Below, piece by piece: positions 54,912 to 64,000 of a DNA stretch of 64,000 nucleotides. Source of the DNA: Escherichia coli O157:H7 (lineage in GTDB: Bacteria; Pseudomonadota; Gammaproteobacteria; Enterobacterales; Enterobacteriaceae); assembly GCF_013167455.1 (NCBI RefSeq), contig NZ_CP038328.1. One strand, written 5' to 3'. The notes beneath the pieces were generated by a model, which saw nothing but the letters and a program-made list of their open reading frames with translations, ran no database searches and was not told the origin of the DNA. The position numbers and the translations under genes were made by a program. Numbering within the stretch: the first letter of the stretch is position 1; each line of letters starts with the position of its first letter.

Positions 54912-57563
54912 ATGAACGAACAATATTCCGCATTGCGTAGTAATGTCAGTATGCTCGGCAAAGTGCTGGGAGAAACCATCAAGGATGCGTTGGGAGAACA
55001 CATTCTTGAACGCGTAGAAACTATCCGTAAGTTGTCCAAATCTTCACGCGCTGGCAATGATGCTAACCGCCAGGAGTTACTCACCACCTTACAAAATTTG
55101 TCGAACGACGAGCTGCTGCCCGTTGCGCGTGCGTTTAGTCAGTTCCTGAACCTGGCCAACACCGCCGAGCAATACCACAGCATTTCGCCGAAAGGCGAAG
55201 CTGCCAGCAACCCGGAAGTGATCGCCCGCACCCTGCGTAAACTGAAAAACCAGCCGGAACTGAGCGAAGACACCATCAAAAAAGCAGTGGAATCGCTGTC
55301 GCTGGAACTGGTCCTCACGGCTCACCCAACCGAAATTACCCGTCGTACACTGATCCACAAAATGGTGGAAGTGAACGCCTGCTTAAAACAGCTCGATAAC
55401 AAAGATATCGCTGACTACGAACACAACCAGCTGATGCGTCGCCTGCGCCAGTTGATCGCCCAGTCATGGCATACCGATGAAATCCGTAAGCTGCGTCCAA
55501 GCCCGGTAGATGAAGCCAAATGGGGCTTTGCCGTAGTAGAAAACAGCCTGTGGCAAGGCGTACCGAATTACCTGCGCGAACTGAACGAACAACTGGAAGA
55601 GAACCTCGGCTACAAACTGCCCGTCGAATTTGTTCCGGTACGTTTTACCTCGTGGATGGGCGGTGACCGCGACGGCAACCCGAACGTCACTGCCGATATC
55701 ACCCGCCACGTCCTGCTGCTCAGCCGCTGGAAAGCCACCGATCTGTTCCTGAAAGATATTCAGGTTCTGGTTTCTGAACTGTCGATGGTTGAAGCGACCC
55801 CTGAACTGCTGGCGCTGGTTGGCGAAGAAGGTGCCGCAGAACCGTATCGCTATCTGATGAAAAACCTGCGTTCTCGCCTGATGGCGACACAGGCATGGCT
55901 GGAAGCGCGCCTGAAAGGCGAAGAACTGCCAAAACCAGAAGGCCTGCTGACACAAAACGAAGAACTGTGGGAACCGCTCTACGCTTGCTACCAGTCACTT
56001 CAGGCGTGTGGCATGGGTATTATCGCCAACGGCGATCTGCTCGACACCCTGCGCCGCGTGAAATGTTTCGGCGTACCGCTGGTCCGTATTGATATCCGTC
56101 AGGAGAGCACGCGTCATACCGAAGCGCTGGGCGAGCTGACCCGCTACCTCGGTATCGGCGACTACGAAAGCTGGTCAGAGGCCGACAAACAGGCGTTCCT
56201 GATCCGCGAACTGAACTCCAAACGTCCGCTTCTGCCGCGCAACTGGCAACCAAGCGCCGAAACGCGCGAAGTGCTCGATACCTGCCAGGTGATTGCCGAA
56301 GCACCGCAAGGCTCCATTGCCGCCTACGTGATCTCGATGGCGAAAACGCCGTCCGACGTGCTGGCTGTCCACCTGCTGCTGAAAGAAGCGGGTATCGGGT
56401 TTGCGATGCCGGTTGCTCCGCTGTTTGAAACTCTCGATGACCTGAACAACGCCAACGATGTCATGACTCAGTTGCTGAATATCGACTGGTATCGCGGCCT
56501 GATTCAGGGCAAACAGATGGTGATGATTGGCTATTCCGACTCAGCAAAAGATGCGGGCGTGATGGCAGCGTCCTGGGCGCAATATCAGGCACAGGATGCA
56601 TTAATCAAAACCTGCGAAAAAGCGGGTATTGAGCTGACGTTGTTCCACGGTCGCGGCGGTTCCATTGGTCGCGGCGGCGCACCTGCTCATGCGGCGCTGC
56701 TGTCACAACCGCCAGGAAGCCTGAAAGGTGGCCTGCGCGTGACTGAACAGGGCGAGATGATCCGCTTTAAATATGGTCTGCCAGAAATCACCGTCAGCAG
56801 CCTGTCGCTTTACACCGGGGCGATACTGGAAGCCAACCTGCTGCCACCACCTGAGCCGAAAGAGAGCTGGCGTCGCATTATGGATGAACTATCAGTCATC
56901 TCCTGCGATCTCTACCGTGGCTACGTACGTGAAAACAAAGATTTTGTGCCTTACTTCCGCTCCGCTACGCCGGAACAGGAACTGGGCAAACTGCCGTTGG
57001 GTTCACGTCCGGCGAAACGTCGCCCAACCGGCGGCGTCGAGTCACTACGCGCCATTCCGTGGATCTTCGCCTGGACGCAAAACCGTCTGATGCTCCCCGC
57101 CTGGCTGGGTGCAGGTACGGCGCTGCAAAAAGTGGTCGAAGATGGCAAACAGAGCGAGCTGGAGGCTATGTGCCGCGATTGGCCATTCTTCTCGACGCGT
57201 CTCGGCATGCTGGAGATGGTCTTCGCCAAAGCAGACCTGTGGCTGGCGGAATACTATGACCAACGCCTGGTAGACAAAACACTGTGGCCGTTAGGTAAAG
57301 AGTTACGCAATCTGCAAGAAGAAGACATCAAAGTGGTGCTGGCGATTGCCAACGATTCCCATCTGATGGCCGATCTGCCGTGGATTGCAGAGTCTATTCA
57401 GCTACGGAATATTTACACCGACCCGCTGAACGTATTGCAAGCCGAGTTGCTGCACCGCTCCCGCCAGGCAGAAAAAGAAGGCCAGGAACCGGATCCTCGC
57501 GTCGAGCAGGCGTTAATGGTCACTATTGCCGGGATTGCGGCAGGTATGCGTAATACCGGCTAA
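54912..57563 (+). CDS. ppc: phosphoenolpyruvate carboxylase, 883 aa
   Basis: ORF track; [58 protein letters not shown]-terminus; C-terminal ...MRNTG. Confidence 0.97.
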   Translation: MNEQYSALRSNVSMLGKVLGETIKDALGEHILERVETIRKLSKSSRAGNDANRQELLTTLQNLSNDELLPVARAFSQFLNLANTAEQYHSISPKGEAASNPEVIARTLRKLKNQPELSEDTIKKAVESLSLELVLTAHPTEITRRTLIHKMVEVNACLKQLDNKDIADYEHNQLMRRLRQLIAQSWHTDEIRKLRPSPVDEAKWGFAVVENSLWQGVPNYLRELNEQLEENLGYKLPVEFVPVRFTSWMGGDRDGNPNVTADITRHVLLLSRWKATDLFLKDIQVLVSELSMVEATPELLALVGEEGAAEPYRYLMKNLRSRLMATQAWLEARLKGEELPKPEGLLTQNEELWEPLYACYQSLQACGMGIIANGDLLDTLRRVKCFGVPLVRIDIRQESTRHTEALGELTRYLGIGDYESWSEADKQAFLIRELNSKRPLLPRNWQPSAETREVLDTCQVIAEAPQGSIAAYVISMAKTPSDVLAVHLLLKEAGIGFAMPVAPLFETLDDLNNANDVMTQLLNIDWYRGLIQGKQMVMIGYSDSAKDAGVMAASWAQYQAQDALIKTCEKAGIELTLFHGRGGSIGRGGAPAHAALLSQPPGSLKGGLRVTEQGEMIRFKYGLPEITVSSLSLYTGAILEANLLPPPEPKESWRRIMDELSVISCDLYRGYVRENKDFVPYFRSATPEQELGKLPLGSRPAKRRPTGGVESLRAIPWIFAWTQNRLMLPAWLGAGTALQKVVEDGKQSELEAMCRDWPFFSTRLGMLEMVFAKADLWLAEYYDQRLVDKTLWPLGKELRNLQEEDIKVVLAIANDSHLMADLPWIAESIQLRNIYTDPLNVLQAELLHRSRQAEKEGQEPDPRVEQALMVTIAGIAAGMRNTG

Positions 57564-57578
57564 TCTTCCTCTCCTGCA

Positions 57579-57607
57579 AACCCTCGTGCTTTTGCGCGAG
57601 GGTTTTC
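57579..57607 (+). terminator. rho-independent terminator after ppc
   Basis: CCCTCG...CGAGGG hairpin followed by TTTTCTG, 15 nt after the ppc stop. Confidence 0.65.
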
Positions 57608-57745
57608 TGAAATACTTCTGTTCTAACACCCTCGTTTTCAATATATTTCTGTCTGCATTTTATTCAAATTCTGGATATCCCTTCAGATATCCTTAAGGAA
57701 TTGTCGGTAAATTCGGCGATATTTTTTTCAAGACAGGTTCTTACT

Positions 57746-59479
57746 ATGCATTCCACAGAAGTCCAGGCTAAACCTCTTTTTAGCTGGAAAGCCCTGGGTT
57801 GGGCATTGCTCTACTTTTGGTTTTTCTCTACTCTGCTACAGGCCATTATTTACATCAGTGGTTATAGTGGCACCAACGGCATTCGCGACTCGCTGTTATT
57901 CAGCTCGCTGTGGTTAATTCCGGTATTCCTCTTTCCGAAGCGGATCAAAATTATTGCCGCAGTGATCGGCGTGGTGCTATGGGCGGCCTCTCTGGCGGCG
58001 CTGTGCTACTACGTCATCTACGGTCAGGAGTTCTCGCAGAGCGTTCTGTTTGTGATGTTCGAAACCAACACCAACGAAGCCAGCGAGTATTTAAGCCAGT
58101 ATTTCAGCCTGAAAATTGTGCTTATCGCGCTGGCCTATACGGCGGTGGCAGTTCTGCTGTGGACACGCCTGCGCCCGGTCTATATTCCAAAGCCGTGGCG
58201 TTATGTTGTCTCTTTTGCCCTGCTTTATGGCTTGATTCTGCATCCGATCGCCATGAATATGTTTATCAAAAACAAGCCGTTTGAGAAAACGTTGGATAAC
58301 CTGGCCTCGCGTATGGAGCCTGCCGCACCGTGGCAATTCCTGACCGGCTATTATCAGTATCGTCAGCAACTAAACTCGCTAACAAAGCTACTGAATGAAA
58401 ATAATGCCTTGCCGCCGCTGGCTAATTTCAAAGATGAATCGGGTAACGAACCGCGCACCTTAGTGCTGGTGATTGGCGAGTCAACCCAGCGTGGACGCAT
58501 GAGTCTGTACGGTTATCCGCGTGAAACCACGCCGGAGCTGAATGCGCTGCATAAAACCGATCCGAATCTGACCGTGTTTAATAACGTAGTTACGTCTCGT
58601 CCGTACACCATTGAAATCCTGCAACAGGCGCTGACCTTTGCCAATGAAAAGAACCCGGATCTGTATCTGACGCAGCCGTCGCTGATGAACATGATGAAAC
58701 AGGCGGGTTATAAAACCTTCTGGATCACCAACCAGCAGACGATGACCGCCCGCAATACCATGCTGACGGTATTTTCGCGCCAGACCGACAAGCAGTACTA
58801 CATGAACCAGCAACGTACGCAGAGTGCGCGTGAATACGACACTAACGTGCTGAAGCCGTTCCAGGAAGTGCTGAAGGACCCTGCGCCGAAGAAACTGATC
58901 ATCGTTCATCTGCTGGGTACGCATATCAAATACAAATACCGCTACCCGGAAAATCAGGGCAAGTTTGATGGCAATACCGATCATGTTCCGCCGGGATTAA
59001 ACGCGGAAGAGCTGGAGTCATATAACGATTATGACAACGCTAACCTGTATAACGATCATGTGGTTGCCAGCCTGATTAAAGACTTTAAAGCAGCAGACCC
59101 GAACGGTTTCCTGGTTTACTTCTCTGACCACGGTGAAGAGGTTTACGACACGCCGCCTCATAAAACCCAGGGGCGTAATGAGGACAACCCGACGCGTCAT
59201 ATGTACACCATTCCGTTCCTGCTGTGGACGTCGGAAAAATGGCAAGCGACTCATCCGCGTGATTTCTCGCAGGATGTTGATCGTAAATACAGCCTTGCGG
59301 AACTGATCCACACCTGGTCAGATTTAGCGGGCTTATCTTACGACGGTTACGATCCAACCCGTTCAGTGGTGAATCCGCAGTTCAAAGAAAATACCCGCTG
59401 GATTGGTAACCCGTACAAGAAAAACGCGCTGATCGATTACGACACGCTGCCGTATGGCGACCAGGTAGGTAATCAGTAA
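57746..59479 (+). CDS. eptC: phosphoethanolamine transferase (LPS core heptose modification), 577 aa
   Basis: Start MHSTEVQAKPLFSWKALGWALLYFWFF at 57746 (the ORF-track start at 57701 is an upstream extension); N-terminal TM domain plus sulfatase-like domain. Confidence 0.93.
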   Translation: MHSTEVQAKPLFSWKALGWALLYFWFFSTLLQAIIYISGYSGTNGIRDSLLFSSLWLIPVFLFPKRIKIIAAVIGVVLWAASLAALCYYVIYGQEFSQSVLFVMFETNTNEASEYLSQYFSLKIVLIALAYTAVAVLLWTRLRPVYIPKPWRYVVSFALLYGLILHPIAMNMFIKNKPFEKTLDNLASRMEPAAPWQFLTGYYQYRQQLNSLTKLLNENNALPPLANFKDESGNEPRTLVLVIGESTQRGRMSLYGYPRETTPELNALHKTDPNLTVFNNVVTSRPYTIEILQQALTFANEKNPDLYLTQPSLMNMMKQAGYKTFWITNQQTMTARNTMLTVFSRQTDKQYYMNQQRTQSAREYDTNVLKPFQEVLKDPAPKKLIIVHLLGTHIKYKYRYPENQGKFDGNTDHVPPGLNAEELESYNDYDNANLYNDHVVASLIKDFKAADPNGFLVYFSDHGEEVYDTPPHKTQGRNEDNPTRHMYTIPFLLWTSEKWQATHPRDFSQDVDRKYSLAELIHTWSDLAGLSYDGYDPTRSVVNPQFKENTRWIGNPYKKNALIDYDTLPYGDQVGNQ

Positions 59480-59498
59480 TTATCAGCCAGGCGCTATT

Positions 59499-59583
59499 TG
59501 CCGGATGCGACGCTTGACGCGTCTTATCCGGCCTACAGATCGCGGCGGTAGACTGGATAAGGCGTTTACGCCACATCCGGCAA
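59499..59583. repeat. REP/BIME palindromic repeats (two units)
   Basis: TGCCGGATGCGACGCTTGACGCGTCTTATCCGGCCTACA and GTAGACTGGATAAGGCGTTTACGCCACATCCGGCA. Confidence 0.7.
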
Positions 59584-59616
59584 TACAACTGCCGCAATGT
59601 TTACATCGAACTCCCC

Positions 59617-59650
59617 TCAGGCCACACTTTTCAGGTGGCCTTTTTTAATA
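59617..59650 (+). terminator. rho-independent terminator between eptC and yijO
   Basis: AGGCCAC-acttttcag-GTGGCCT followed by a T6 run. Confidence 0.65.
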
Positions 59651-59693
59651 ATGCCAGTTACTGTTTTCCCGTCTCCATACCTAAGGGAATAAC

Positions 59694-60545
59694 ATGTATC
59701 ACGACGTCAGCTATCTGCTCTCCCGCCTGATCAACGGCCCGCTGTCCCTGCGCCAGATTTACTTTGCCAGCAGTAACGGCCCGGTGCCCGATCTTGCGTA
59801 TCAGGTCGATTTTCCACGGCTGGAAATTGTGCTGGAAGGTGAGTTTGTTGATACCGGCGCTGGAGCAACGTTAGTTCCCGGCGATGTGCTGTACGTTGCC
59901 GCTGGTGGCTGGAATTTTCCACAATGGCAAGCCCCTGCTACTACCTTTAGCGTGCTGTTTGGCAAACAGCAACTCGGCTTCAGCGTCGTGCAATGGGATG
60001 GCAAACAATATCAAAATCTGGCGAAGCAACACGTCGCCCGACGCGGCCCACGCATAGGTTCTTTTCTGCTACAAACGCTCAATGAAATGCAAATGCAGCC
60101 GCAGGAGCAGCAAACGGCAAGGCTTATCGTCGCCAGCCTGCTTAGCCACTGCCGCGATTTGCTTGGCAGCCAAATCCAGACCGCCTCACGCAGCCAGGCA
60201 CTATTCGAAGCTATTCGCGATTATATCGACGAACGCTATGCCTCCGCGCTTACCCGCGAATCTGTCGCACAGGCATTCTATATTTCACCAAACTATCTCT
60301 CGCACCTGTTTCAAAAAACGGGGGCCATTGGTTTTAACGAATACCTGAATCACACGCGACTGGAGCACGCTAAGACGTTATTGAAAGGCTATGACCTGAA
60401 GGTAAAAGAAGTGGCGCACGCCTGCGGCTTTGTCGACAGCAACTACTTCTGCCGTCTGTTTCGTAAAAACACCGAACGCTCGCCGTCGGAATATCGCCGG
60501 CAGTACCACAGCCAACTGACAGAAAAACCGACTACTCCAGAATAA
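59694..60545 (+). CDS. yijO: AraC-family transcriptional regulator, 283 aa
   Basis: ORF track; C-terminal AraC-type HTH; K-12 synteny. Confidence 0.9.
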   Translation: MYHDVSYLLSRLINGPLSLRQIYFASSNGPVPDLAYQVDFPRLEIVLEGEFVDTGAGATLVPGDVLYVAAGGWNFPQWQAPATTFSVLFGKQQLGFSVVQWDGKQYQNLAKQHVARRGPRIGSFLLQTLNEMQMQPQEQQTARLIVASLLSHCRDLLGSQIQTASRSQALFEAIRDYIDERYASALTRESVAQAFYISPNYLSHLFQKTGAIGFNEYLNHTRLEHAKTLLKGYDLKVKEVAHACGFVDSNYFCRLFRKNTERSPSEYRRQYHSQLTEKPTTPE

Positions 60546-60873
60546 GATGGGTTTGCTGCGGCGCAGAAAGCACTTTGCGCACCGCGCTCATTACCTGCTG
60601 CGGCTCACGCAGGAATGCGTAGATGCTGCATTGCACATAGCGGCAATGTTCAAATCGCTCGGCACCGGCAAGCTCGATATCCGTAATCAACAGAGCAACA
60701 TCCGCCCGACGGATATCCTCGTCCGCTAAACGATTCTCCGTTCCCAGCGCGCCCTGAGTTTCAATGCTGACTCCCCACTTCTCTAACAGGCACAACTTTT
60801 CCAGCCGTTCCGCCGCCATATATGTATGCGCCACGCCGCTTACGCAGGCGGTTACTGCCACCAGGTATGCCAT
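60532..60873 (-). CDS. frwD: PTS fructose-like IIB component, 113 aa
   Basis: ORF track; N-terminal active-site Cys motif MAYLVAVTACVSGVAHTYMAAE. Confidence 0.9.
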   Translation of the reverse strand: MAYLVAVTACVSGVAHTYMAAERLEKLCLLEKWGVSIETQGALGTENRLADEDIRRADVALLITDIELAGAERFEHCRYVQCSIYAFLREPQQVMSAVRKVLSAPQQTHLILE

Positions 60874-60874
60874 T

Positions 60875-61753
60875 TTAACCTCCCACGGTAACCTGAAATC
60901 CGGCCCGTTCTGCCATTTCGCGCATCGTTGTCACATCGGCTGACGACGGCGCAGGCACCTCTTTCATCGACCATGTTTTCCCCAGCAGGCGGTATTTCGG
61001 TTCGCCGTACTGATGAAACGGTAACAGATGGATCTGCCTGATTTTCAGCGGGATCAGTACATCCAGCGCCTGCTGCATATTCTCCCGGCTGAGCGTGAAA
61101 CCAGGGATCAGCGGTAAACGCGGGATCACGTTGACGCCCTCACTCACCAGCAAACGCAGATTCTCCAGCACGCGTGGCAGGTTCATCTTCACCACATCCC
61201 GCGCCTGAGTCGCGTCCATAATTTTTAAATCGAACAACACTTCATCGCACAATTTCGCCAGCGGTAACAGCTTGCTGGCTGGCGCGTCTCCGGCAGTTTC
61301 AATGGCGCATGACACGCCCCACAACCGCAGCCGCTGTAAAAAACGGGTAGCAAACTCCGCCTGCATTAACACTTCGCCGCCAGAAAGCGTGACGCCGCCG
61401 CCGGACGTGCGAAAGAAAATGTCATCTTTCATCACTTCCCGTTCCAGCGCGTCAAGGCTGATATCGCGACCAATCCGTTCAAACGCCCCGGAGGGGCATT
61501 CATCCGCATCACGCAAACATTTCGCACAGTGCAGACATTTCGCCTCTCTGCGTACCGTCTGGATTTTGCCGGAGATCGACTCCGGATTAGCACACCACGG
61601 GCAAAGATGCGGACAGCCTTTAAAAAAGACCACCGTACGAATGCCCTCGCCGTCATTCAGTGAATAACGCTGAATGTTGAAAATGCGCGCCACATCATTG
61701 CGGCGCGTTTCCACAACGTTACAGCTGATGCGCTGTCCGGCGGATGATGTCAT
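60875..61753 (-). CDS. pflC: pyruvate formate-lyase 2 activating enzyme (radical SAM), 292 aa
   Basis: Start MTSSAGQRIS at 61753 (the ORF-track start at 61822 is an upstream extension); CPHLCPWCANPE radical-SAM cluster motif. Confidence 0.93.
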   Translation of the reverse strand: MTSSAGQRISCNVVETRRNDVARIFNIQRYSLNDGEGIRTVVFFKGCPHLCPWCANPESISGKIQTVRREAKCLHCAKCLRDADECPSGAFERIGRDISLDALEREVMKDDIFFRTSGGGVTLSGGEVLMQAEFATRFLQRLRLWGVSCAIETAGDAPASKLLPLAKLCDEVLFDLKIMDATQARDVVKMNLPRVLENLRLLVSEGVNVIPRLPLIPGFTLSRENMQQALDVLIPLKIRQIHLLPFHQYGEPKYRLLGKTWSMKEVPAPSSADVTTMREMAERAGFQVTVGG

Positions 61754-64000
61754 CCTGGATCTCCTTCGACAGTTCGACAAAGAAGGCGCTGTATCCGGCA
61801 ACGCGCACCACCAGCCCGGCATAATCTTGTGGGCGCTGTTGCGCTTCCCGCAACGTGTCGGCGTTCACCACGTTAAACTGAATATGCTGCAACTTAAGCT
61901 GGGTAAACGCCCGTAAGAAGTCGGCCAGTTTGCGTAATCCCGCTTCACCTTCCAGGGTCGCCGGAGTGAATTTCACGTTCAGCAACGTACCGTTAGACAG
62001 CAGCGTGTTATCGAGCTTACTGACTGACTTCAGTACCGCTGTTGGCCCTTGTGCGTCCTGGCCCAGCATGGGTGACAAGCCGCCGTCTGCCAACTGTTCT
62101 CCGGCAAAACGACCGTCTGGCGTCGCGCCAACCACCGATCCCAACGGGACGTGAGCAGAAACGGTATACGATCCCGGCGTGAAGTAACCGCCGCGCGGGT
62201 TCTGGTATTTTTCCACTTCTTTGCAGTAGTGGCGCAACAGTTCGGCGCTAATGTTACCCACCTCGTCGATATCGTTACCGTATTTCTCAAAGCGGTTAAT
62301 TAAGCGAGCGCGGACTTTTTCGCCTTCTGGCGTTGCAAAGTTGGCTTTTAATACCGACAGCAATTCGTCAAAACTTAAACGCTGTTGATCAAAAACCATC
62401 CCTTTCAACGCATGGAGAGAATCGCTCAGGTTGGCGATACCAATTCCCTGTACGCCGGAGAAGTTATAACGCGCGCCGCCATCGGTAATATCGCGACCTT
62501 TTTCCAGACAATCGCTGATAAAAGACGAGAGCAGCGGTACAGGTGCCCAGTCGCGATGGCCGATATCACAAATATTGCTGCCCTCAACCATCAGGGTGAT
62601 GTAGTGGCTGATCTTGGCGCGGATCTGCTCCAGTAAACCTTCATAAGTCAGCGCAGCATTGCCTTCATTTTCATGCAGGCAGATTTCCATCACTTTCAGC
62701 AGATTAAACATCGCGATGTCATGCAAGCCGTAGGTTCTGCCGGGAATAGATAATTCCACACAGCCCACTACGGAATAGTCGCGCGCATCTTCCAGCGAAA
62801 CGCCACGGTTGAGGAACGCTGGCACCACCACTTCATCGTTAAAGATTTGCGGAATACCGGTGCCGAGGCGAATGGTTTCTGCGGTTTTCATCAGGAACGG
62901 CGTGTCGATCAAGGCGTTAGTGCGCACCCCTAGGTTCGGTTGCGGTAATTGTACGCTTTGATAGGCATCGAGGCAGAGGAACGAAAGCACGTTCACCGCG
63001 CTACGTCCGTTCTCGGTTAACCCGCCGAGCAGTGCGGTATAGCCAGTCGGGAAACCTGCGAAATAACGCGCGCTGCTGGTGGAGCGCAACAGCACAATGT
63101 CGTTGCATTTCACCCATAAAGATTCGAGCAGTTCTTTCAGGAACGCCGGATCTTCGCCCTGGGTTAAAGATGCCTGATAGAACGGCAACATATACTGGTC
63201 GAAGCGCCCTAAAGACAGCGAACTGGCGTTGGATTCGTATTGCAGAATGATGTTCATGTACCAGAATAACTGGCACGCCTGCCAGAACGTCTGCGGTTTA
63301 TGTTCGGCGTTATGGCGGGAGATCTCCGCAATAGTCAACAGTTCTTCGCGACGCTGGGCATCAGTGCAGCTTGCCGCCATCGTTTCCGCCAGTTCGGCGT
63401 AACGCAAAATGTGTTTCTGCGAGGCTTCGAGCAGTAACAGCGCTGCCTGATAAAAGTGATTCTCCGGCTGTTGCTGACAATGTTGCTGCATCTGTGCCAC
63501 CAGCTCCCCCAGCCCGTGATTCAGCAGGCGCGGGTAATCAATAATAATGTGCCCCTGGCCTTTATCCGTCTGGTTGATGCTGAAAATCTGCGTGCTAGTC
63601 GCGGCTTTTACTTCATCCGTCATCTGCCCGTTGATGAAATCTTTCATCGAACGTTTTTCCCAGTACGGGAACAACTCTTCGCGGTAGATACGTTTATCTT
63701 CTTCGCTGATAGCAAAACGGTCCTGCGGACGCGTCGGGAATTGACCCAGCTCTTTCAGCAGCCAGTAAGGGTCCATTTCCGGCGACATAATCCCGGCGCG
63801 CGGTTTTACGGTGCGGTTACCGGCAATCAGTTCTTCATCACGAATCGAAATTTCAACATGTTCAAGGATATACGCTGTTGCTTTCGCCCGGCGCAATATC
63901 ACCGGTTCGCCTTCGGTTTGCCGATGGCTGGCGGTATAAAGCAGCGCACGCTCCAGCGAGATTTCACGGGTATTGGCAAACAGTGCAGTTTTGAGGCGAG
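61719..64000 (-). CDS. pflD: glycyl-radical enzyme, pyruvate formate-lyase 2 homologue (partial; 5' end beyond window)
   Basis: ORF 61719..63902 stays open to the window edge; C-terminal glycyl-radical motif ...RVAGYSAFF; overlaps the pflC start. Confidence 0.93.
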   Translation of the reverse strand, partial: RLKTALFANTREISLERALLYTASHRQTEGEPVILRRAKATAYILEHVEISIRDEELIAGNRTVKPRAGIMSPEMDPYWLLKELGQFPTRPQDRFAISEEDKRIYREELFPYWEKRSMKDFINGQMTDEVKAATSTQIFSINQTDKGQGHIIIDYPRLLNHGLGELVAQMQQHCQQQPENHFYQAALLLLEASQKHILRYAELAETMAASCTDAQRREELLTIAEISRHNAEHKPQTFWQACQLFWYMNIILQYESNASSLSLGRFDQYMLPFYQASLTQGEDPAFLKELLESLWVKCNDIVLLRSTSSARYFAGFPTGYTALLGGLTENGRSAVNVLSFLCLDAYQSVQLPQPNLGVRTNALIDTPFLMKTAETIRLGTGIPQIFNDEVVVPAFLNRGVSLEDARDYSVVGCVELSIPGRTYGLHDIAMFNLLKVMEICLHENEGNAALTYEGLLEQIRAKISHYITLMVEGSNICDIGHRDWAPVPLLSSFISDCLEKGRDITDGGARYNFSGVQGIGIANLSDSLHALKGMVFDQQRLSFDELLSVLKANFATPEGEKVRARLINRFEKYGNDIDEVGNISAELLRHYCKEVEKYQNPRGGYFTPGSYTVSAHVPLGSVVGATPDGRFAGEQLADGGLSPMLGQDAQGPTAVLKSVSKLDNTLLSNGTLLNVKFTPATLEGEAGLRKLADFLRAFTQLKLQHIQFNVVNADTLREAQQRPQDYAGLVVRVAGYSAFFVELSKEIQDDIIRRTAHQL

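Overview
This window is an Escherichia coli core-chromosome segment, collinear with K-12 genes b4006 to b3951 in reverse orientation: purH (3' end), purD, zraR/zraS/zraP, yjaH, hupA, yjaG, nfi, hemE, nudC, rsd, thiCEFSGH behind a TPP riboswitch, htrC, rpoC, rpoB, rplL, rplJ, rplA, rplK, nusG, secE, tufB, four tRNAs (thrT, glyT, tyrU, thrU), coaA, birA, murB, an rrn operon (5S, 23S, tRNA-Glu, 16S), murI, btuB behind a cobalamin riboswitch, trmA, yijD, fabR, sthA, oxyR/oxyS, argH/argB/argC/argE, ppc, eptC, yijO, frwD, pflC and pflD (5' end outside the window). The only clearly accessory content is a roughly 2.6 kb two-gene cassette (M20D-family amidohydrolase plus MHS-type MFS transporter) between fabR and sthA, which are direct neighbours in K-12 as I recall it. 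Its sequence is probably not new, but its substrate and function are uncharacterised. Smaller apparent differences from K-12 (a shorter rplA-rplJ leader, a short rrn spacer with a single rrn terminator, a two-frame ORF arrangement at htrC) rest on my memory of the reference and need alignment to confirm. I found no CRISPR array, integrase, IS element, prophage gene or recognisable defence or toxin-antitoxin system. All coordinates were derived by hand from the sequence and the ORF track; RNA and regulatory boundaries are approximate.
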